This document shows positions 53,241-62,195 of a stretch of DNA of 64,000 bases, in pieces; positions within the stretch are counted from its first letter, which is position 1; each line of letters starts with the position of its first letter. The stretch is from Alphaproteobacteria bacterium (GTDB taxonomy: Bacteria > Pseudomonadota > Alphaproteobacteria > Rickettsiales > JADKJE01): assembly GCA_016722515.1 (NCBI GenBank), contig JADKJE010000001.1:452189-516188 (forward strand), read 5' to 3'. The translations under genes were made by a program, and so were the position numbers. The notes beneath the pieces were generated by a model. That model saw only the letters and a program-made list of their open reading frames with translations. It made no database searches and was not told the origin of the DNA.

Positions 53241-53909
53241 TTACCAATGACGGATCGCTTCAATAATATCCTGATGGTGTTGGACATGCACAGCGGGGGG
53301 AACATCTTTATATTCATCACCCGTATGATCACCATCACCATAAAATATTGGAATGCACCCCGTGGCATATGCTGTTTGCATATCCGTCAGGCTATCACCA
53401 ATAAACCAGATATCTGGGCCGACCTCCAATCCACTTCCTTCTAAGGACAAATGAACCGGATCAGGCGCAGGCTTATCACGCTTGGCATCAAGCGCACCAA
53501 CCACTTTCTTGAAATAATCTTTCCACCCTAAGAATTCCACTTCTTTGCGTAAGAATTCGCCCGTTTTATTGCTCACCACAGCCAGATAAACTTCTGGAAA
53601 ATGATGGATTGCCTTCAGCATCTCATGAGCACCAGGAAGAGGCCGTATTTTTTCTAAATGGCAATGGCGAAAATTATTCATGTAGAGGTCTTTTGCTTCT
53701 TCCCACCTGTGGCCAAATAATTCAGGGAACGAATCACGCAGCGATTTATGGACCCGTATTTTGGTTTCTTCCAGTGTCCAGGGTGTTTCTCCCATGGCGA
53801 TAAACGTTTTGGCTAAAGATTCGTGGATAATCGGCCAGGTATCCGCCAGTGTATTATCCCAATCAAAAAGTATCCCCTTTGGTTTGTTACGCAGCATGTT
53901 CAGTTCCAT
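53241..53909 (-). CDS. HAD-superfamily hydrolase (phosphoglycolate-phosphatase-like)
   Basis: The ORF extends to 53960; the start is probably M18 (53909) or M22 (53897). It has motif I ILFDWDNTL, motif II VVSNK and motif IV GDSLTD. Confidence 0.8.
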   Translation of the reverse strand: MELNMLRNKPKGILFDWDNTLADTWPIIHESLAKTFIAMGETPWTLEETKIRVHKSLRDSFPELFGHRWEEAKDLYMNNFRHCHLEKIRPLPGAHEMLKAIHHFPEVYLAVVSNKTGEFLRKEVEFLGWKDYFKKVVGALDAKRDKPAPDPVHLSLEGSGLEVGPDIWFIGDSLTDMQTAYATGCIPIFYGDGDHTGDEYKDVPPAVHVQHHQDIIEAIRHW

Positions 53910-54777
53910 CGTGTGTCTCATCTTCCAAAGCCGAGAGAATATATTTGCGATAAAGCTCATTCAGAGCTTTTGTCACAGGCCCTACGCTACCGCCTTTAAT
54001 AACAGTATCATCAATTTCAACAATCGGACAAACTTCCAGAACCGTACTGGTTAAAAATACTTCCGATGCGGCTTTAGCCGCTTCAAGCGAAAAGGGAACT
54101 TCTCGAACTTTCATCCCTTTATGGCGTGCTAGCAACAAAACCGTTTCACGTGTAATTCCCCCTAATATTTGCTCATTAGCAGGATGGGTCACAATGGTTC
54201 CATCACCTTCTACCATATAAATATTGGTTGAACTTCCTTCAGAAACCATTCCTTTCTCATCGACCAAAATGGCTTCCATCACACCTTCATCTTTAGCAGC
54301 CTGCTTAGCTAAAATATTAGGCAACAATGAAATGCTTTTGATATCGCGGCGAGACCAGCGACGATCTGGAAAACTTATAGCCTTCACCCCTTCGGTATAA
54401 TATTTCTCTGGCGTTTTAGGCATTTTCATCAGCTCTACAACGACGTTTGGCAGCATATCACGTTTATAATGATGCTGTCGCGGTGCCGTACCTCGTGTAA
54501 TTTGAATATAAATATAGCCCGTATAACAACGGTTACGTCGGCATAATTCATCAATAATCACATTCAACATGGAGGTAGCTATCGGATTGCCAAAATCAAG
54601 TTCAGTCTGCGATCGCAGCAACCTCTTAAAATGCGGTTCGCCGTCAATCAACACGCCCTTCACTAATTTTATGACTTCATACACACCATCGGCAAACAAA
54701 TAACCACGGTCATCAATATGGGTCGTGGCATGGATATGTGGAAGGTAACGGCCGTTAACGTAGGTATAAGAAGCCAT
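53887..54777 (-). CDS. dat: D-amino-acid transaminase (class IV aminotransferase)
   Basis: 296-aa ORF with YVNGRYLPH..A..HIDDRGYLFADGVYEV and EGSSTNIY. Confidence 0.8.
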   Translation of the reverse strand: MASYTYVNGRYLPHIHATTHIDDRGYLFADGVYEVIKLVKGVLIDGEPHFKRLLRSQTELDFGNPIATSMLNVIIDELCRRNRCYTGYIYIQITRGTAPRQHHYKRDMLPNVVVELMKMPKTPEKYYTEGVKAISFPDRRWSRRDIKSISLLPNILAKQAAKDEGVMEAILVDEKGMVSEGSSTNIYMVEGDGTIVTHPANEQILGGITRETVLLLARHKGMKVREVPFSLEAAKAASEVFLTSTVLEVCPIVEIDDTVIKGGSVGPVTKALNELYRKYILSALEDETHDGTEHAA

Positions 54778-54788
54778 GGTAATGAACC

Positions 54789-55334
54789 TTATTTAGTCGG
54801 TTGCAACTGGTGACGATAGATAAAAGGTATTTGGCTCAACATAAAGGCAAATGTCAATCCTAAAAGTCCAAACACTTTAAATTGCACCCATGCCGATTCC
54901 GACATGGTACGCCACACACACTCATTGGCAATCGCCATGAGCGCAAAGAAGACCATCCAACGCTTGGATAAAATCAGCCATGCCTGATCCGGCAATTCAA
55001 CCGCTTGCCTGAGGATATACGAAATCAACCCCTTGCCTTTTAATAAGCCAATGCCTAATGCTAGCGCAAAACTTCCGTACAAAATAGTAGGTTTCATTTT
55101 TATAAAACTGGTATCGCCACTCAGCAATGTGATAGCGCCAAGAACCAACACAATAAGGGTCGAAGCCACGACCATTACCGGTATTTTGCGTTCAATCCAG
55201 TATGACAATCCCATCGCGATTATGCTTAACACCAGCACCACGCCGGTAGCCGCCATCATCCCATAGAATTTATAAGCAATAAAAAAGCCAACCAATGGGG
55301 CAAAATCATTAAAAACTCTAACAAGGCTTTTCAT
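54789..55334 (-). CDS. yciB: Intracellular septation protein A (YciB/IspZ)
   Basis: 181-aa ORF with 5 TM segments and the family N-terminus (FAPLVGFFIAYKFYG). Confidence 0.8.
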   Translation of the reverse strand: MKSLVRVFNDFAPLVGFFIAYKFYGMMAATGVVLVLSIIAMGLSYWIERKIPVMVVASTLIVLVLGAITLLSGDTSFIKMKPTILYGSFALALGIGLLKGKGLISYILRQAVELPDQAWLILSKRWMVFFALMAIANECVWRTMSESAWVQFKVFGLLGLTFAFMLSQIPFIYRHQLQPTK

Positions 55335-55429
55335 AATGCTTTCCTAAAATAAGGAGTGAATGAGATGGAACAAAGGCCAATAATAGGTTATTATACCATC
55401 TGCACCACCTGAAAACAATCATTTCACCG

Positions 55430-55582
55430 ATGAAACAGCCATCTCCATCCCAACAACCGCCAGCTCCTGCCCAGGATCAAACGGTCCCTGCCCCTAAACC
55501 CACAGAAATAGGTGGCCCCAAGGGGCCAGAGCCTACCCGATACGGGGATTGGGAAAAAAATGGGCGATGCTCTGATTTTTAA
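55430..55582 (+). CDS. DUF1674 (SDHAF4-like) small protein
   Basis: At 50 codons it is below the ORF-track cutoff. My translation is [50 protein letters not shown]. The C-terminal [22 protein letters not shown] is the DUF1674 signature. A terminator follows directly. Confidence 0.8.
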   Translation: MKQPSPSQQPPAPAQDQTVPAPKPTEIGGPKGPEPTRYGDWEKNGRCSDF

Positions 55583-55620
55583 CATCAAGGCTATTCTTAG
55601 TAGCCTTGATGGTTCTTTTA
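55583..55620 (+). terminator. Rho-independent terminator after the DUF1674 gene
   Basis: A perfect 11-bp stem, CATCAAGGCTA (55583-55593) with TAGCCTTGATG (55601-55611), encloses a 7-nt loop. The T-rich GTTCTTTT follows. Confidence 0.75.
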
Positions 55621-55985
55621 TGAACTGGTATTTCCAACATAAGATCTCCTTACATGCGTGTTAATGCCAGCCCTGCAAAGAGGCAAAGGCTATGGATAGC
55701 CATCAACCTCTAATGTCCTGCTATGCAGGACATCCAGGAACGATTCCTGGACACCTCATTTGTATCGCAATTTTTAACACCATCCATTAGCAATTTATTG
55801 TTTTGTATTTTTTTAAAAGGACATCCGCTGCCTGCATAAAAAATGAAGCCTCTATGCCAACGGAGTCACTAAAACGATGCTCGTTTAAATAAGTTTAAAA
55901 ATAATACTATTCCAACACAAAATCGTCACACAAATAATATATAGTAATCAAAACAAATATTACTTAAATTATTGACGGTATTTTT

Positions 55986-57158
55986 ATGAAAGACATAGCG
56001 CACTATAACGATTTGATCAAATCATTTATAAAAAGTGAAATATATATTTGCGTCTCAGACGCCTTTGATTGGGAAAACTCTAAAAAAATAAAAGAGAAAA
56101 AATTACCAATAGACCATACCTATGATTATTACACGTATCAAACCAAGCGTGGACCCGTAGAGTTTCGACGTATTTTTAAACAACGGAATGAAACGATCAT
56201 AAACCTGGACACTCTCTTTATACGTTTACAAGAAAAAAGTCAGCAAGCTTTCTCAAAAGAACTGATAACATGTCTACAGCAACAAATACTTTCATCCTTA
56301 TATCCCGACCACCGACTGCACATGCACAATAGCTCGCATACATCTCACATTGTAATCGAGCCAAATTGGAACCTTAAGTCCCTTTATCTTTCTCCACGTT
56401 CTCTTGCGGCAGAGTCCAAAATTAAAAGTGATTCTCAACAAAGAAAATTATTACGTGACGTCTCTATCAATAATATTATTCACCGAACGGTTAGAGAATC
56501 TAAGAAAGGAAGCTTTTCAGAATTTACGGGTATGTTGGATAGAAATTTTGAGAACGATACTGAACTTAACCTTTCAATGGCCTTAACAGCGTGTTCATTG
56601 CCCCCCACGCTACTCAATGAAATCAATATCGCTCATGATGCCTATTGCAAGCAAGTGCACACATTGCCTTATCCGCATTTTACCGGAGATACGGCCAAGG
56701 GGGACATCGCTGAGCGTGAAATAGCCTTATCGCGAAGTTTCTGTAATCATTTTGAGAACAGCTTACTAGAAACAGGATTTTTTAATAAGCAAGAGCAACT
56801 TGGATTATTGTTTAACCACTTAAGGATAACACACCCTTTTGCCTTTGTTAATGCAGAGCAAATATGTGGAATAACAACGACGATGCACAATTCCGCCATC
56901 GAATATTTATATAATGAAAAAACGTATATATCGCTTGTAGACCACGAGTTCCATGAATATTTATTAAAAATGGAACACACAAACTTAACGCTCCTCTGTG
57001 AATATGCAACCAGTGGACTAGCCCCCAACCGCATCGCTGATAAGCACCAATCGTTGACCGAATTGCTCAGCGACAAGAAGCGACAATTATCGCTGATTTC
57101 CGAATCATGGCAACACCGGGTTTCAAAGGGTGATGCTGAAGTTGTTAGGACTGCCTAA
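55986..57158 (+). CDS. Orphan hypothetical protein (390 aa) immediately upstream of cas3
   Basis: Uninterrupted ORF in AT-rich DNA. I see no signal peptide or TM and recognise no family. There is an isolated HPFAFVN string (nt 56832-56852). Confidence 0.7.
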   Translation: MKDIAHYNDLIKSFIKSEIYICVSDAFDWENSKKIKEKKLPIDHTYDYYTYQTKRGPVEFRRIFKQRNETIINLDTLFIRLQEKSQQAFSKELITCLQQQILSSLYPDHRLHMHNSSHTSHIVIEPNWNLKSLYLSPRSLAAESKIKSDSQQRKLLRDVSINNIIHRTVRESKKGSFSEFTGMLDRNFENDTELNLSMALTACSLPPTLLNEINIAHDAYCKQVHTLPYPHFTGDTAKGDIAEREIALSRSFCNHFENSLLETGFFNKQEQLGLLFNHLRITHPFAFVNAEQICGITTTMHNSAIEYLYNEKTYISLVDHEFHEYLLKMEHTNLTLLCEYATSGLAPNRIADKHQSLTELLSDKKRQLSLISESWQHRVSKGDAEVVRTA

Positions 57159-57407
57159 TAGGCCAATGCTGATAAACGCTGACATACATTTTTACATTCA
57201 TACCCTTGGATTTATGATATCCAGCGAATGAATTTTTATAGTCGTTCTATTCTGGTATTTCTGGCATAAGTTTCCTTAACATTAGGATTAATGGCCACTA
57301 TGCAAAGCTCAGAGCCTATCGATCGGCATAAACTCATTATGTCACCAAGCTCCACATTCAGAAATAATTCCTTGGCCAAAGATTTGAATCTGACATCTCA
57401 ATTAAAT

Positions 57408-57437
57408 CAATTCACAACTTATTTAAGTTGTGAATTG
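57408..57437. promoter_or_regulatory. Perfect 13-bp palindrome about 80 bp upstream of cas3
   Basis: The arms CAATTCACAACTT (57408-57420) and AAGTTGTGAATTG (57425-57437) have a 4-nt spacer. It is a candidate operator or hairpin. Confidence 0.3.
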
Positions 57438-57517
57438 AAAATTAAAAGAATTCGCTATATTAATTTATTTTAATAATCTCGCGTCGCAATTTGCATTTAT
57501 AATAAGAGGGGATTTTA

Positions 57518-59809
57518 ATGAAACAACATTGCGTCATTTCGCATAGGGATACTGCTGGTAATGACCGTTTACTTGAAGATCACCTAAAAGAAGTAGCAAG
57601 ACGTACAATGAAAAATGCTGATAAATTTTCCAGTGGTGACTGGGGCTATCTTGCTGGATTATGGCATGACTTGGGGAAATATAATGCAGAATTTCAAGAT
57701 TACATACGAACTGTTTCCGCTATTGACACTGAGGATAGTGAAAATGCACATTTAGAAGTGCATGAAGACAAAAACAAAAGGCGAGGTCCAGATCATTCTA
57801 CTGCTGGCGCATTACACGCATTAAGGCGTTTTAAACAAGTCTCAATGAGTGATATTCCTGGACGAATTCTTGCTTATATAATTGCGGGGCATCATGCAGG
57901 CTTGGCTGATTGGGATCCGGATGAAACAGGTAACAGAGCCTTAAGTAACAGACTTCAAAAAGACATTCATATTCAAAAAACAATGGAGGCCAAACCCGAT
58001 GAAACTATTTTAAATGCACCTCTTCCCAGGAGTCACGCGCCTAGAAATGCAAGTCATTCACTTTGGATACGGATGTTATTTTCATGTCTTGTAGATGCGG
58101 ACTTCCTGGACACAGAAAATTTTCTAACACCTGTTAACTCAAAAAAACGCAATCAATATCCCAACCTCAATGCCATTAAAACCACTTTCGACAATTACAT
58201 GGGATTAATGTCTGAAAAATTAAAACAGAAAAATCTTGCCGATACCCAAGTTAATAGTTCTAGAGCAACTATTCTTAAGATGTGCCGCCAGAAATCTGTA
58301 TTACCCCCAGGACATTTTTCTTTAACGGTTCCTACAGGTGGAGGAAAAACCCTAGCCAGCCTTGGATTTGCACTGGAACACGCTCATTACCATAAAAAGG
58401 AACGCATCATCTACGTTATCCCGTATACTAGCATAACCGAACAAACAGCCCAAGTATTCCGGGATGTATGCGAACCACTGGGTGACATTATCGTCGAACA
58501 TCACAGTAATTTTAATGACGAATATGAGCAAGAAAAGCAAAACAGTAAATCACGCCTAGCCACAGAAAATTGGGATGCTCCGATTATCGTTACGACAACG
58601 GTACAATTCTTTGAATCGCTGTTTGCGGCACGCACTAGCCGGGTACGCAAACTCCATAACATCTGTAACAGCATCGTGATATTAGATGAAGTTCAATTAC
58701 TTCCAGCAGAATTCTTAAATCCTATTTGTGATATAATGAACCAATTAAAAGACATTTATAGCGTCACCTTTGTTCTATCCACGGCGACGCAACCCGTTCT
58801 TGAAAATCTTAATTTGCCTGATTACGAAAGAAAGTTTAAAGGATTAACAAACGTCAGAGAAATCATTGATAATCCCGATTTTTTCTATAAAACACTACAA
58901 CGTGTTTCTATCCAACTTCCTAATGTTAATAAACGATATGAGTGGCCTGAGCTGGCTGAAGAACTCCAACAATATAAACAAGTTCTCTGTATTGTCAGTA
59001 AACGTGAAGATTGCCGTAACTTGCATCACTTAATGCCTGAAGGCACTATCCATCTCTCCGCCTTGATGTGTGCTGAACATCGTAGAGAAGTTATCAACAA
59101 TATCAAGATACGAATATCCAATAATGAATCCATCAAAGTCATAAGCACTCAACTCGTAGAAGCTGGCGTAGATTTTGATTTCCCAGTTGTTTATCGATCA
59201 ATGGCTGGACTTGACTCAATTGCACAGGCTGCAGGTCGCTGTAATCGCGAAGGTAAATTGGGTTATGCTGGTGGTAAAGTAGTAATCTTTCATGCGCCAC
59301 AAGATCCTCCTAAGGGTATACTCAAAAAGGCAGCCCAAGCTGCCGAACATGCACTACGTATTTATGATAACGCCCCCCTAAGCCCCAATGCATTTCACAC
59401 TTTCTTCGAATATTTCTATTCTCAAGTACCCTCATTAGATAAAGCCAATATCATAACTCGAATGGAGAATAACCCGTCCCTTACATTCCCATTCCGTACT
59501 ATCGCTCAAGAATTTTCATTAATTGACGATGGCTTTAATCTTCCCGTAGTCGTGCGTTATGGGAAAAGTACCCACCGTATTGAACAATTACTAAACGGCA
59601 TGAAAGCTGAACGATGGCTATGGAGAGAGTTACAGCGATTTAGCGTTAATATTCCTAGATCCGTACATGCAGAGTTGATTAAAAACAATGAGATAAAAGA
59701 GGTAATGGGGGGATTATTTGTTCAAATACGTCCTGAATTATATGATCCCGTGTTAGGATTTTGTGAAAAAAAACAGATGGAATATGCCGCAAATAATCTA
59801 ATAGGCTAA
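57518..59809 (+). CDS. cas3: CRISPR-associated helicase/nuclease Cas3 (HD fused to SF2 helicase)
   Basis: 763-aa ORF with the HD motifs LWHDLGKY and IIAGHHAGL. The helicase motifs are I VPTGGGKTLAS, II ILDEVQ and VI QAAGRCNREG. cas5c and cas8c lie downstream. Confidence 0.92.
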   Translation: MKQHCVISHRDTAGNDRLLEDHLKEVARRTMKNADKFSSGDWGYLAGLWHDLGKYNAEFQDYIRTVSAIDTEDSENAHLEVHEDKNKRRGPDHSTAGALHALRRFKQVSMSDIPGRILAYIIAGHHAGLADWDPDETGNRALSNRLQKDIHIQKTMEAKPDETILNAPLPRSHAPRNASHSLWIRMLFSCLVDADFLDTENFLTPVNSKKRNQYPNLNAIKTTFDNYMGLMSEKLKQKNLADTQVNSSRATILKMCRQKSVLPPGHFSLTVPTGGGKTLASLGFALEHAHYHKKERIIYVIPYTSITEQTAQVFRDVCEPLGDIIVEHHSNFNDEYEQEKQNSKSRLATENWDAPIIVTTTVQFFESLFAARTSRVRKLHNICNSIVILDEVQLLPAEFLNPICDIMNQLKDIYSVTFVLSTATQPVLENLNLPDYERKFKGLTNVREIIDNPDFFYKTLQRVSIQLPNVNKRYEWPELAEELQQYKQVLCIVSKREDCRNLHHLMPEGTIHLSALMCAEHRREVINNIKIRISNNESIKVISTQLVEAGVDFDFPVVYRSMAGLDSIAQAAGRCNREGKLGYAGGKVVIFHAPQDPPKGILKKAAQAAEHALRIYDNAPLSPNAFHTFFEYFYSQVPSLDKANIITRMENNPSLTFPFRTIAQEFSLIDDGFNLPVVVRYGKSTHRIEQLLNGMKAERWLWRELQRFSVNIPRSVHAELIKNNEIKEVMGGLFVQIRPELYDPVLGFCEKKQMEYAANNLIG

Positions 59810-59926
59810 ATTGGCGAAAGATAATTTTAATAGTAGCGAAGCGCTTATTATTATAATATATATAGTGTTTTTTTATTGACTCTTATTGAAACATTGATAA
59901 AGGATTTTCAATCCTAGGATGAATTG

Positions 59927-61413
59927 CTAGCCCGGATATTTCATGAAGCAGTCCATTTCTGATTAATTCTGTCGAGTGTTTGCTTTTTGTTATTAAGACG
60001 TCAACGAAAGTTATTTTTTAGTATGATTTCCAGATTTTGGACACACTTCCCCCATACCCCCATTATTTGCAAGTGCCGGGGGGAAGCACAGGCATTTTCG
60101 CTTATTCAGTTGCCAGGCGTTTTGCAATGAGGAGGAAAAGGTGTTGATGGGGGTAATGGGAAGCCATACGAACGTAGATACGCCTGGTATTCCTGGTAAC
60201 CACAGCACCAATTTTAATAAGTTTTAAGCGGATGGTTTCCATAGTAGCATTGGCCATTTGGGTGCCTTTGAGAATGGTTGCCCGTAAACGCTCAAGCAAA
60301 ATATAAGCCAGTGAAGAAAAAATCTGCCGCATCTGGTTTGGCCACCATTCATGGCAAGAGGTACGGCCTGCAAATAAATCCAATTGCTGCTCTTTGATAC
60401 GGTTTTCCATTTCGCCTCGTGCACAATAGATTTCATCGTACAGCGTCCTGGAATCACCCTCGAGGCTGGTGACGATAAAGCGAGGATTCGGTTGATCGCG
60501 GTTGTATTCAGCCTTGCCTATGACTTTCCTTGAATGCCTCCAACTACCAGCTTGATAGGTAAAAGGGAAAAAAATGCGCTGCTTTTGCCCGCTATTGCGG
60601 TAAGCCTCTGCCGCAACACACATCGTTGGCCTTAGCTTTCCCTCCAATGTTTTATTCCGTGCAATGCCAAATTGCTTTACCAACAAGGATAAGATAGCCC
60701 AGCTGTGCTTGGCTCCATCAATGTTTGAGCGACGCAAATAACTGACTAAGAGCTGTTTTCCACAAAACACATATAACGGTAGGAAGCAGTGATTCCCATA
60801 TTAACCGTGGAAATACTTTCCCACTTGATCGCCGTGTACAAGCGTATCGGTGGCATCAAAATCAAGGATTAACTCCTGGGGCGGTGTTGAAAACGAAGCG
60901 ATGAAGGTTTCAACTATGGCTCGATGTGCCGTTATGGCAAATTGACGGTTAGCTGTGTGCTCAAAACGATTCAACGTTGGTGGACTTGCCAATAAACTAT
61001 TCTCATCAACTGCCGTTTGAAACGCTATATCATGCCGAAGGGTAGCGTGATCGTTCCCATCCTCATAACCTTACGCAATACCATAAATCCGTTGCCGAAG
61101 CATACTACGAATACTATGGGTAACCTTACTTTGGTCACGCAAATCAGGCATCGAACCGGCAATACGATCGGTTAATCCAAGACGACGGTCTATCTCACGT
61201 ATAAGCAAAACTCCGCCATCGCTGCTTACGTGACCGCCTGAAAAATCAATCTTCAATCTACGACGTTTTAAACCTGGAAATAATGGCGAATTACTGGTAC
61301 ATATTGTCATTGGCTGGATCCACTTATAATTGGTTTTAAGCAACTGTAATATATAAGATAAAGGCGGTTCCGCCAACCTATTACTTCATGCCTTCATGAA
61401 ATATCCGGGCTAG
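59927..61413 (-). mobile_element. Decayed IS1380-family insertion sequence in the cas3-cas5c spacer
   Basis: The terminal inverted repeats are CTAGCCCGGATATTTCATGAAG (59927-59948) and its exact reverse complement (61392-61413). If the palindromic CTAG is the 4-bp target duplication, the IS is 59931-61409 with CC-initiated 18-bp IRs, as expected for IS1380. The interior encodes an IS1380-type DDE transposase. Confidence 0.85.
60102..61376 (-). pseudogene. IS1380-family transposase disrupted by two in-frame TAA codons
   Basis: Three ORF-track pieces (61071..61376, 60801..60992, 60102..60770) are all in one frame. Reading through gives ..IDFSGGHVSSDGGVLLIREIDRRLGL..RQRIYGIA*GYEDGNDHATLRHD..LDFDATDTLVHGDQVGKYFHG*YGNHCFLPLYVF..YCARGEMENRIKEQQLDLFAGRTSC. 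Confidence 0.85.
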
Positions 61414-61493
61414 AAAGAAATCCCCTCCACAAGGATTTTGACTATAGCGTGGATTTTAACACAGTCGCGAAACGGATTGTTTTTTCTTAAAAT

Positions 61494-61516
61494 GCCTCTG
61501 TACTAAGTACAGAGGC
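61494..61516 (+). promoter_or_regulatory. Hairpin immediately upstream of the cas5c ribosome-binding site
   Basis: GCCTCTGTAC-TAA-GTACAGAGGC forms a 10-bp perfect stem. It ends 5 nt before AGGAG (61522-61526) and 16 nt before the cas5c ATG. Confidence 0.3.
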
Positions 61517-61532
61517 TCACCAGGAGATTTGT

Positions 61533-62195
61533 ATGGAAACATTTATCATAACCGTTGATGGTACATATGCGTGTTTTACACGTCCCGAAATGAAAGCAGA
61601 ACGGGTTTCATATGACGTCATTACGCCCTCTGCAGCACGGGCTGTTTATGAAGCTATTTTCTGGAAGCCAGCCATAAATTGGATTATCACCCAAATAGAA
61701 GTACTCAATCCTATTCAATTTACCAACATTCGGCGCAATGAAGTTGGCTGCGTGATTTCCTCCAGGAATGTAACTCAGGCCATGAACAACGGTTCTGGCA
61801 ATTTAGGTATATACATAGAGGATGAGCGGCAGCAACGCGCAAGTGTATTGCTGAAAGACGTAAAATACCGCCTTCACGCACAAATGAAAATAAAGCCTGA
61901 GGCATTAGCACAAAATTCAACCACAAAAATGCATGAAATGTTTAACCGGCGTGTGTCGAAAGGCCAATGCTTTATGCAACCTTATTTAGGATGCAGAGAA
62001 TTTCCGGGTTATTTTTCCCTTTCTTCATCCGAAGAAAAGGTTCAACCGATCTCAAAAACAGATGATCTTGGCTGGATGCTTTATGATATGGATTACTCAC
62101 AGGCTAATATTCCCATGCCTCGTTTTTTCAGAGCGAAAATGATTAATGGCCGCATTCAGGTTCCCTCACCAGATAGCATGGAGATCCGAGGATGA
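61533..62195 (+). CDS. cas5: Type I-C Cas5c (Cas5d) pre-crRNA endoribonuclease / Cascade subunit
   Basis: 220-aa ORF. The N-terminus DGTYACFTRPEMKAERVSYDVITPSAARAVYEAIFWKPAI matches the Cas5d family signature. It overlaps cas8c by 4 nt. Confidence 0.9.
   Translation: METFIITVDGTYACFTRPEMKAERVSYDVITPSAARAVYEAIFWKPAINWIITQIEVLNPIQFTNIRRNEVGCVISSRNVTQAMNNGSGNLGIYIEDERQQRASVLLKDVKYRLHAQMKIKPEALAQNSTTKMHEMFNRRVSKGQCFMQPYLGCREFPGYFSLSSSEEKVQPISKTDDLGWMLYDMDYSQANIPMPRFFRAKMINGRIQVPSPDSMEIRG

Noticed and set aside
55688-55751. Three adjacent hairpins considered as a tRNA or tRNA-like cloverleaf
   Set aside because: If read as 5-bp stems with 7-nt loops, the middle loop lacks U33 and the third loop (AACGATT) is not a T-loop. 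There is no acceptor-stem pairing and no D-loop GG.
57291-57473. 60-aa ORF between the orphan gene and cas3 as a possible small Cas accessory or anti-CRISPR-like gene
   Set aside because: It has no ribosome-binding site and an AT-driven composition. It merely spans the 13-bp palindrome and is more likely non-coding leader.
60011-60457. Extra track ORFs (66 aa and 77 aa) inside the IS element
   Set aside because: They are out-of-frame overlaps of the transposase reading frame and have no independent support.
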